Assembly: GCA_964372955.1 (NCBI GenBank)
Contig: CAYJTC010000003.1
Coordinates: 1-40,892, forward strand
Direction of reading: 5' to 3'
Length of the DNA: 40,892 nucleotides
From: an uncultured Planctomycetia bacterium
GTDB taxonomy: Bacteria; Omnitrophota; Gorgyraeia; 1-14-0-20-64-10
Notes under the pieces: model-generated
What the model was told of the DNA's origin: nothing
Database searches by the model: none
Seen by the model: the letters and a program-made list of their open reading frames with translations, nothing else
In this document: one piece after another, positions 24,803 through 31,884 of the stretch
Position numbering within the stretch: the first letter of the stretch is position 1
Layout: the number at the start of each line of letters is the position of its first letter
Made by a program: the position numbers and the translations under genes

Positions 24803-24852
24803 GACGTTCCACCATAGCACCTTCAAGACGGAGCGTCAATACAAAATCCATA

Positions 24853-24980
24853 CACGACTCATGCAAAACCGTTCGTGCTGATCCTGAGCCCTTCGGCAAG
24901 GCCGTTCCCCTTCGACAAGCTCAGGGTGAACGGCCTTGCCGAAGGGCTCAGGGTGAACGGCTCAGATTGCATGACTCGTG
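24853..24980 (+). mobile_element. MITE copy B (128 bp, rearranged core)
   Basis: TIRs are CACGACTCATGCAA...TTGCATGACTCGTG. 7-bp direct repeat ATCCATA at 24846-24852 and 24981-24987. The core is a long hairpin CTGAGCCCTTCGGCAAGGCCGTTC...GAACGGCCTTGCCGAAGGGCTCAG. Confidence 0.85.
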
Positions 24981-25016
24981 ATCCATACAAAATCCAGGCA
25001 GGTGGAGCGGGCGCGC

Positions 25017-25045
25017 TTGATTTATGCCCGACGGCCGGCTATACT
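25017..25045 (+). promoter_or_regulatory. Strong sigma70-like promoter TTGATT-17 nt-TATACT
   Basis: TTGATT at 25017-25022 and TATACT at 25040-25045. Followed by a ~120-nt leader with alternating CCGCCA/TGGCGG segments. Confidence 0.55.
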
Positions 25046-25170
25046 TGAATCCGGTGGCTCCCGAGAGCGATTTTCGGCTGTAAAGGCAAACCCAATCGCT
25101 GGCCTAAACTGTCCGCCATAAGACGTTGGCGGATCCGCCAAAGCGATGTGGCGGAAAGGAGGGCTTCAGA

Positions 25171-25407
25171 ATGGCTGCAGGGTTGACAGTCGAAAAGGTG
25201 TGGGCGGTTTTTCTGCTCCTTGTGAATTCCGCGGTTCATCCGCCGGCGGAAATGAAACCGGCGGTTTCTTCCCCACCATCCGACTCCGCGTTTTTTGAGG
25301 AGTCTATCGGGGGGCGAAAATCCCTCCCGGCCCGGCCGGCCGAGGGAGTTTCAGAACGAGCCTTTCGGGAAATCCAGGCGCATTTGGCGTTGAGCCGGTC
25401 CGCCTGA
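25171..25407 (+). CDS. Candidate small membrane protein (78 aa)
   Basis: SD GGAAAGGAGGG 7 nt upstream of the ATG at 25171. One hydrophobic helix VWAVFLLLVNSAV. A terminator-like hairpin (25240-25270) lies inside the ORF, so coding status is uncertain. Confidence 0.35.
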   Translation: MAAGLTVEKVWAVFLLLVNSAVHPPAEMKPAVSSPPSDSAFFEESIGGRKSLPARPAEGVSERAFREIQAHLALSRSA

Positions 25408-25505
25408 AGTAAACTAAAGGTCACTGGGCTAGGGTAAGACCCATACGGAATTCCGTTTCCAAACTCCGTCTCCGATGGCGGGAGCTGACGGTCATCGCCC
25501 TGGCG

Positions 25506-26573
25506 ATGACCCTGGCCTGGGGAATCCGCGGACAGCACGGTCATGAGCGGGGGTCCGCCATCGCCGGAGCGATGGCTGGCTTAAGCATCGCCGCGGTGAC
25601 CGGAGGCCCCCGCTGGATCGGGGCGGCGGTGATCGGATCCTTAAGTTTTGCCATCGGCGGCTCTTTAAGCTACGGCCGCTTCGTCTCCACGGCCTACCAA
25701 GGCTCCTTCGAAGCGATCCTTTCTCTGGGAATCATCGGGTTCGTCTGGGGCGGATTAGGGGCTCTCGGGTTGGGGTTGGGCTTAACCCTTCCCAAGTACC
25801 GACTCTGGGAAAGAGGGGCCGTCGCCGGAGGGTTGTTCGGGGTCTGGTTCCTGGTAGACCGGCTCCTCTGGAGCCAGCTCAACGGGCCCGAGGATTTGGC
25901 GACCCGTCAATGGATGGCGGTCACCCTGCTGGGCTGCTGGGCCCTTCTGTGCGCCTATGTCGGGGTATGGCGCGCAGACCGGACCTCCTTGAAGTTAGCG
26001 ATTGCCGGCGCAATTGGATTTGGGATCGGATTCCCGATCGCCGCCTGGGTGCAGGGGATCGGCGCCAGCTTAGGGGGACCGATCGACTGGTGGAAGGTGG
26101 CCGAGCATCTGATCGGATTCTTCGGAGGCATCTCTCTGGGAGTGGCGGTCTTTCGATTAGAGCCGACCTGGACTCTGCCGCTGGCGGTTCGGCCGATGGA
26201 GCGATGGCTGGCGGTGGTTTGGCTGCTGTGGGTCCTGCCGGTCTGGCTGATCGCCAACAACCTGGACTTCTGGATTGTGGAACGGGCGGTGGTTCCAGTC
26301 TGGGTGGGTAAAGTGGTAGGAAGGATCCTGCTTTTGCTTCTAGGCGGTTTGGCCGTTTGGGGCTGGCTGGAGATTCGCCGAGGGGGCCTATTCATCACCT
26401 CTTGGTTGCCTCATCAACTCAAACAGATGTTCCTTTTCTTCCTCTGGATCACCACCTTCATTTCCTGCTTAAAGACGCTGGTTCGAGGTTCCTGGACTTT
26501 CACGCCGGCCGCCTTCCTCCTGCTGGCGGCATTAATTACCTGGCTGCTTCGCCCGGACTCCCACAAGGTCTAG
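25506..26573 (+). CDS. Polytopic membrane protein, unknown family
   Basis: 355 aa, around 10 hydrophobic helices, Gly/Trp-rich. No motif recognised. An upstream CTG start is possible. Confidence 0.6.
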   Translation: MTLAWGIRGQHGHERGSAIAGAMAGLSIAAVTGGPRWIGAAVIGSLSFAIGGSLSYGRFVSTAYQGSFEAILSLGIIGFVWGGLGALGLGLGLTLPKYRLWERGAVAGGLFGVWFLVDRLLWSQLNGPEDLATRQWMAVTLLGCWALLCAYVGVWRADRTSLKLAIAGAIGFGIGFPIAAWVQGIGASLGGPIDWWKVAEHLIGFFGGISLGVAVFRLEPTWTLPLAVRPMERWLAVVWLLWVLPVWLIANNLDFWIVERAVVPVWVGKVVGRILLLLLGGLAVWGWLEIRRGGLFITSWLPHQLKQMFLFFLWITTFISCLKTLVRGSWTFTPAAFLLLAALITWLLRPDSHKV

Positions 26574-26611
26574 ATCTAAACTTAGAGTTACTACTAATTT
26601 TTTCTCACCCC

Positions 26612-26661
26612 TTGTCATTTCCTGCCCAGATAAGATATATTTAAGATTGATGAAAATCAAT
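26612..26661 (+). promoter_or_regulatory. Promoter P1 (TTGTCA-18 nt-TATATT) plus palindromic operator ATTGAT-GAAA-ATCAAT
   Basis: Sits in an AT-rich island within GC-rich DNA. -35 at 26612-26617, -10 at 26636-26641, palindrome at 26646-26661. The 9-mer TTTCCTGCC in the spacer is shared with P2. Confidence 0.5.
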
Positions 26662-26696
26662 TAACCATAATTATTAAAAATGAGGAAAGTTGAAGT

Positions 26697-26924
26697 ATGG
26701 CATCCGAAATTTTAACCGTAGGGCAAGTTGCGGAACTTCTCCATTTGCATCCGATGACCGTTTACCGTCTGGCCAAAGAGGGCAAACTCCCTGGTTTCAA
26801 GGTGGGGGGCCGCTGGCGGTTTGACCGGGGAGCGATGGAGATCTGGATGGTGGACCGGGCTCAAGTGGCCAAGCTGGAGGGGGAGATCCGCCGATTGAAG
26901 TCATCAGGAGAAACTCATGGATAA
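26697..26924 (+). CDS. Excisionase-family (HTH_17, MerR-like) DNA-binding protein with a coiled-coil tail
   Basis: LTVGQVAELLHLHPMTVYRLAKEGKLPGFKVGGRWRFDRGAMEIWM is the classic HTH_17 signature. Confidence 0.8.
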   Translation: MASEILTVGQVAELLHLHPMTVYRLAKEGKLPGFKVGGRWRFDRGAMEIWMVDRAQVAKLEGEIRRLKSSGETHG

Positions 26925-27312
26925 AACGAGGATTTTGCTGGTGGATGATGAGCCGGACCTGGTTCAACTGGTCGCATTGAGGCTGCAGGCGGCCGGGTAC
27001 GCGGTGACCGCCGCTTACGACGGCCAGCAGGGGCTGGATCAGGCGAAGAAATCGCGGCCGGATCTGATCATTTTGGATTTGATGCTGCCTAAAATGGACG
27101 GGTACAAAATCTGCCGCCTGTTGAAGTTTGATGAGCGATACAAATCGGTCCCCATCCTGATCTTCACCGCCAGGGCCCAGGCGGAGGATGTTAAGCTGGC
27201 GATGGACTGTGGAGCCGACGCTTACTTAACCAAACCGTTTGAAGCCCCCGTTCTTCTGGGAAAGCTCGCCGAGCTGCTCCAGAAGGCGAAGGCGGGGGAA
27301 AGAAAGGAGTGA
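26917..27312 (+). CDS. Receiver-only response regulator RR1
   Basis: LLVDDEPD...DLIILDLMLPKMDG...ILIFTA...YLTKPF. No output domain. Overlaps the HTH gene by 8 nt. Confidence 0.9.
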   Translation: MDKTRILLVDDEPDLVQLVALRLQAAGYAVTAAYDGQQGLDQAKKSRPDLIILDLMLPKMDGYKICRLLKFDERYKSVPILIFTARAQAEDVKLAMDCGADAYLTKPFEAPVLLGKLAELLQKAKAGERKE

Positions 27313-27317
27313 TTCCG

Positions 27318-27713
27318 ATGGAACAGTCCACACTGCTGTTGGTGGATGATGAGGCGGACCTCTTGGATTCCCTTAAAACCGATTTGGAGATACAGGGATA
27401 CCGGGTGCTGACCGCTTTAGACGGAACCATTGCCTTGGAGAGCGCCCGGAGCCAACAGCCGGACCTGATTCTTTTGGACTTGATGCTGCCCCGGCTGGAT
27501 GGGTACCATGTGCTTAAGCTTTTGAAGTCGGATGAGCGATACCGGAAGATCCCGGTGCTGGTGATCACCGCCCGGGCTGACGCGCAGGATCTGATGCTGG
27601 CTTTGGAATGCGGAGCCGACGGATGCCTGGTCAAACCGATTCAGCGAGAGGCCTTGCTGGAACGGATCCGGGCTCTGGTGAGTCCTCCCAGCGGAGAGGG
27701 AGCCGCTCTGTGA
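27318..27713 (+). CDS. Receiver-only response regulator RR2 (paralogue of RR1)
   Basis: LLLVDDEAD...DLILLDLMLPRLDG...VLVITA...CLVKPI. ATG at 27318 with AAAGGAG upstream; a GTG at 27309 is the alternative. Confidence 0.9.
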   Translation: MEQSTLLLVDDEADLLDSLKTDLEIQGYRVLTALDGTIALESARSQQPDLILLDLMLPRLDGYHVLKLLKSDERYRKIPVLVITARADAQDLMLALECGADGCLVKPIQREALLERIRALVSPPSGEGAAL

Positions 27714-29296
27714 GAGGCCGTTCTCAGACGCTGGACCAATGGCTTAACCGCCTGGAGACCCAGCTTCAGCTGGACCGCCTGATGGTGGGATGCTGCCAAG
27801 CGCTGCTGGAGTTCAGCGGCGCCGACCGCTGCTCGATCATGGTGCTGGACAATAAGTCAGAAGAACTGGTGGTCCGCTGGGCGCAGGGCAGCCGGGTCAA
27901 GCCGCGGAACCTCCAGCCGAACCTGAAATTCCGAGTGGGCGAAGGGCTTTGCGGCTGGGTGGCCCGTTCCCAGAAGGCCTTCTGCACGGTCGACGCCACC
28001 AAGGAGCCCCGCTTCCTTCCGTTTCGTGAGAAAGAAGCCGCGCGGCTGCGTCCGGTCCGGGCGATCTGCTGTCTGCCTCTGGTGCTGGAAGGCCGCACGG
28101 TCGGGGTCGTCAACCTGTCCAGTCTTTCCTCCTCCAAAAAGTTCCGCCGCGTTCAGGGATCGGAAGTCCACCGCTTTCTGAACCGTCTGGGCCGCGTGAT
28201 CGGGCAGGCGACCCTCCTGCATGAGATGGAGGCCTCCTCCCGGCGTTTCAGAGCGATGGCCAAGGCGACTTCCCAGACCGTGGCGCAGGTCAGCCACGAG
28301 GTGCGCACCCCTTTGTCCTTGATCACCGAAGGGACCCAGCAGCTGCTCGACGGCTTAGTCGGAGAGCTCACCCCGCCGCTTCAAGAGCGCGTGCTGTTCA
28401 TCAAGCATCAGGCGGACCGAATGCTCCAGTTGGTGACCGAGCTGCTGGACATCTCCCGGATTGAGGCGGGCCGTCTGGTTCCTCACCGGCAGCCGATGAA
28501 GCTGGATTCGGTGATCGAGGAGGTCCGCCGCAGCTACGAGCCGCTGGTAGCTCCCCGGCGGCTGACCCTGGAGCTGGATCCGGTTCCGCCGGTTTACGCC
28601 GACCGGATGCGGGTGGCGCAGATTCTGGAAAATCTGCTCACCAACGCGGTCAAATTCACGCCGCCCGAGGGGTCGATCACCCTGCGGCTGTCGGCCCGCG
28701 GATCCTCCGCTGAATTGGCGGTCTCGGACACCGGGATCGGCATTTCCAAAGGGGAACAGCGCCGGCTGTTCGAAAAATTCTTCCAGCCCAAAACGCCGGC
28801 CAGCTTCGCCCACCGGGGGACTGGGCTGGGGCTGGCGATCGTCAAAGAGATCGTCCAGCTTCATGGGGGGACGATCCGCGTCTCTTCCGAGCCCAACCGC
28901 GGAACCACCTTTATCGTGAGCCTTCCTTTATACACGCCGGCCTTCGCCTTGACGGAGGAGTTCCGGGTGATGCGGGAGCAGGCGGCCCGGGAGGGAGTTT
29001 CGCTCGTCTTCCAGCTTCTGAGGAACGGCTCGATCGATCGGCCGGAGGTGGTGGATCTTTTGCGCCGGCATCTGGCCCGGGAGGACCGGGTGTTGGTGAA
29101 TCCTCAGGGGGGTGGGCTGGCGATCCTTTCCGTCTGCGATCCGGCCGGCTCCCAGGCTCTGCGCCGCCGGCTGGAGGATCTGCTGGCCTCCAAACCGGAG
29201 TGGGTGGATCTGAAGAATCTGCGCTGGAGCTCGGTGCTGGTTCCCCAGGAGAGCTCGGAGCTGGCCGGCGTGATACAGATGGCCCACCAGCGATGA
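27710..29296 (+). CDS. Soluble sensor histidine kinase HK1: GAF, HisKA, HATPase_c, and a degenerate GGDEF-like C-terminal domain
   Basis: GTG at 27710 overlaps the RR2 stop (GTGA). GAF: ADRCSIMVLD...GLCGWVA...VGVVNLSS. H-box SHEVRTPL. N/G boxes NLLTNAVKFT, DTGIGI, GTGLGLAIV. No TM segment. Confidence 0.85.
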   Translation: MRGRSQTLDQWLNRLETQLQLDRLMVGCCQALLEFSGADRCSIMVLDNKSEELVVRWAQGSRVKPRNLQPNLKFRVGEGLCGWVARSQKAFCTVDATKEPRFLPFREKEAARLRPVRAICCLPLVLEGRTVGVVNLSSLSSSKKFRRVQGSEVHRFLNRLGRVIGQATLLHEMEASSRRFRAMAKATSQTVAQVSHEVRTPLSLITEGTQQLLDGLVGELTPPLQERVLFIKHQADRMLQLVTELLDISRIEAGRLVPHRQPMKLDSVIEEVRRSYEPLVAPRRLTLELDPVPPVYADRMRVAQILENLLTNAVKFTPPEGSITLRLSARGSSAELAVSDTGIGISKGEQRRLFEKFFQPKTPASFAHRGTGLGLAIVKEIVQLHGGTIRVSSEPNRGTTFIVSLPLYTPAFALTEEFRVMREQAAREGVSLVFQLLRNGSIDRPEVVDLLRRHLAREDRVLVNPQGGGLAILSVCDPAGSQALRRRLEDLLASKPEWVDLKNLRWSSVLVPQESSELAGVIQMAHQR

Positions 29297-29715
29297 AGAA
29301 AATCTTGATTGTGGAGGATGAGCCGGATTTAGCGAAGCTCATGCAGATGAGGCTGGCCTCCGCCGGTTATGAAACGTGCGTCGCGCCTGACGCTCTCGTG
29401 GCGGTGGAAGCGGCCCACCGGTTTGGGCCGAACCTGATTCTTCTGGATCTGATGCTCCCGGCCGGCGGCGGCCTGGGGGTCCTCAACGGCCTGAAGGCCT
29501 CCATCTACACCGCCTCCATCCCGGTCCTGGCGGTGACCGCCATCCCCCGCAACACCTTCGCGGACGAGAAGTTGCTTTTGGACAAGATCGACCAGATAGG
29601 TCTGGCTGGATACCTGCAGAAGCCTTTTGATCCCAAGGCGCTGTTGTCGGAGATTGAGCGCCTTTTATCGGGGTCGGAGCGCCGCGGCCCTTCGGGAAAC
29701 GAAACCAAAGAGTGA
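29293..29715 (+). CDS. Receiver-only response regulator RR3
   Basis: ILIVEDEPD...NLILLDLMLP...VLAVTA...YLQKPF. ATGA overlap with HK1. Confidence 0.85.
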   Translation: MKKILIVEDEPDLAKLMQMRLASAGYETCVAPDALVAVEAAHRFGPNLILLDLMLPAGGGLGVLNGLKASIYTASIPVLAVTAIPRNTFADEKLLLDKIDQIGLAGYLQKPFDPKALLSEIERLLSGSERRGPSGNETKE

Positions 29716-29724
29716 GGTGAGACC

Positions 29725-30105
29725 ATGAAGACGGTTCTGATCATCGATGACGAGCCCGACGTCAGGGCCCTGTTGAACGTGCGGCTGACCGCCAACGGGA
29801 TGAAGATCCTGGAAGCCCCCGACGGGCCCTCCGGCATCGCCCTGGCCAAAGAACAGCGACCGGATTTGATCCTGCTGGACATCATGATGCCGACGATGGA
29901 CGGGGTGGAGACGTTTCACGCCCTCAAGAAAGATCCCCAAACTCAGAAGATCCCGGTCATCTTTTTGACCGTCCTGGCCCAGAACATCGAGCTGACCAAG
30001 CACAACCTGGGGGTGGGGGACAGCTACGCGATCTTAAGCAAGCCCTATCATCCGCAGGAGCTGATCGGAGAGATCCGCCGGGCGCTGGGAGAAGAGTCCC
30101 CATGA
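29725..30105 (+). CDS. Receiver-only response regulator RR4
   Basis: VLIIDDEPD...DLILLDIMMPTMDG...VIFLTV...ILSKPY. Confidence 0.9.
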   Translation: MKTVLIIDDEPDVRALLNVRLTANGMKILEAPDGPSGIALAKEQRPDLILLDIMMPTMDGVETFHALKKDPQTQKIPVIFLTVLAQNIELTKHNLGVGDSYAILSKPYHPQELIGEIRRALGEESP

Positions 30106-31757
30106 CGGAAGCGGTCCGGCGTCCTGAAGAGGAGCTGGTCGAAGAAGGGCTGATCACCGCCGAGCAGCTGCGGCAGGCTCAGGCGGAGGCGGTCCGGTCC
30201 GGACAGACGGTCCGGCAGGCGCTGGTCCGGTTGAAATGGATCGATCCGGGCACCCTGGCCCAATGGCTGAGCCGCTTCTTGGGGATCCCGCGGGTGGAGC
30301 TGGGCTCCTACCTGGTCGACGCCCAGGTACTGGAGGCCCTGCCGGAAGCGCTGGCCCGGAAGCACCGGGTGATCCCCTTGTTCAAGCTGGGCCAGACCCT
30401 GACGGTGGCCACCGCGGATCCGATGAACCTGGCGGCCTTGGATGAGCTGCGCCTGCGCACCCACATAACCATCGACCCGGTGGTGGCCACGGAGGAGGAG
30501 ATCCTCCAGGCGATCGAAGAGTATTACGGGGCCAAGGGGCATCTCGAGGAGCTGGTCACCGATCTGACCCAGGAGAAGCTGGGCCTGAAGGCCGGCCAGG
30601 CCCCCGAGCTCAAGCGTCTTCAGGGGCTGGTCACCGAGCCGCCGGTGATTCGGCTGGTGAACCTGCTCTTAAGCGACGCGATCCGGGCCCGCGCTTCCGA
30701 CATCCATTTGGAGCCGGAGAAGGAGATCTTCCGGGTCCGGTTCCGGGTGGACGGGATCCTGAGGGAGGCGACCACCTTGCCTAAACACTTAGAGCCGGCG
30801 GTGGTTTCCCGGGTCAAGATCCTGGCCAATCTCGACATCGCGGAACGGCGCAGGCCCCAGGATGGGCGGTTCCGGGTGGCGATGGAGGGGCACGAGGTGG
30901 ACCTGCGGATCTCGGTGATGCCCTGCATCGATGGAGAGGCGGTGGTCTTAAGACTGCTGGACACTCAGGGCCTGAGGGTGGGGTTGGAGGAGCTGGGGAT
31001 GGAGCCGGAGCTGTTTTCCAGGTATCAGGCCCTCTTGAAGCGCAGCTGGGGGATTCTCCTGGTGACCGGCCCCACCGGCTCTGGCAAGACCACGACCCTG
31101 TACGCTTCCCTGGCCGGCCTGAACGCGGTGGAGCAAAACATCGTCACCCTTGAAGATCCGGTCGAATACCGGTTGGACGGCATTCGGCAGATCCCAATCA
31201 ACCCGGCGGTGGGGCTGACCTTCGCCACGGGACTGCGCTCTATCTTACGGCAGGATCCCAACGTGATCATGGTCGGAGAGATCCGGGACCAGGAGACTGC
31301 CGAAATGGCTATTCAGGCGGCCTTGACCGGGCACCTGGTCTTTTCCACCCTACACACCAACGACGCCCCCACGGCGATCACCCGCCTGCTGGACATGGGG
31401 ATCGAGCCGTTCCTGGTGGCCTCCAGTTTGATCGGGGTGGCGGCTCAGCGGCTGGTCCGGGTGATCTGCCCGGACTGCAAAGAGCCGGATCGGTCGGCGC
31501 CTGACGCCGGTTTTTTTAAAGGAAGGGGCTGCCGCAGGTGCGAGATGACCGGTTTCCGGGGCCGGATCGGGATCTTCGAGCTGATGGGTTTGGATGAGCA
31601 GATCAACCGTTTGACCCTGGCGAAAGGATCGGCGGCGCAGATCAAGGAGGCCGCGATCCAAAAAGGGATGCGGACCCTGCGGGAAGACGGGCTGGCTAAG
31701 GCGGCTTCCGGCGTCACCACGATCGATGAGGTGATGCGGGTGATCCAAGAACAGTGA
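30102..31757 (+). CDS. pilB: GspE/PilB-family type IV filament assembly ATPase with an N-terminal T2SSE_N (MshEN-like) domain
   Basis: Walker A GPTGSGKTTTLY, Walker B/Asp box DPNVIMVGEIRD, His box GHLVFSTLHTND, tetracysteine CPDC...CRRC. ATGA overlap with RR4. Confidence 0.9.
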   Translation: MTEAVRRPEEELVEEGLITAEQLRQAQAEAVRSGQTVRQALVRLKWIDPGTLAQWLSRFLGIPRVELGSYLVDAQVLEALPEALARKHRVIPLFKLGQTLTVATADPMNLAALDELRLRTHITIDPVVATEEEILQAIEEYYGAKGHLEELVTDLTQEKLGLKAGQAPELKRLQGLVTEPPVIRLVNLLLSDAIRARASDIHLEPEKEIFRVRFRVDGILREATTLPKHLEPAVVSRVKILANLDIAERRRPQDGRFRVAMEGHEVDLRISVMPCIDGEAVVLRLLDTQGLRVGLEELGMEPELFSRYQALLKRSWGILLVTGPTGSGKTTTLYASLAGLNAVEQNIVTLEDPVEYRLDGIRQIPINPAVGLTFATGLRSILRQDPNVIMVGEIRDQETAEMAIQAALTGHLVFSTLHTNDAPTAITRLLDMGIEPFLVASSLIGVAAQRLVRVICPDCKEPDRSAPDAGFFKGRGCRRCEMTGFRGRIGIFELMGLDEQINRLTLAKGSAAQIKEAAIQKGMRTLREDGLAKAASGVTTIDEVMRVIQEQ

Positions 31758-31760
31758 ATC

Positions 31761-31878
31761 CACGACTCATGCAAAACCGTTCGTGCTGATCCTGAGCAAA
31801 GTCGAAGGGTCGAAGCACGAAATGCCTCTTCACCCTTCGACAGGCTCAGGGTGAACGGCTCAGATTGCATGACTCGTG
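31761..31878 (+). mobile_element. MITE copy C (118 bp)
   Basis: Same TIRs as copy B. Direct repeat TGAATC at 31755-31760 (contains the pilB stop TGA) and at 31879-31884. It is inserted in the first heptamer of the H4 left arm. Confidence 0.85.
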
Positions 31879-31884
31879 TGAATC

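Noticed and set aside
25085-25109. GGCAAACC…GGCCTAAAC, reminiscent of the c-di-GMP-I (GEMM) riboswitch core.
   Set aside because: Only 8 nt separate the two boxes. A GEMM aptamer needs a full P1 hairpin with a GNRA loop and the ACGCAAAGC segment between them, so the resemblance is superficial.
25126-25170. Upstream start (25126) of track ORF 25126..25407.
   Set aside because: That ATG has no SD and lies inside the CCGCCA/TGGCGG leader hairpins. If the ORF is coding at all, the SD-preceded ATG at 25171 is the credible start.
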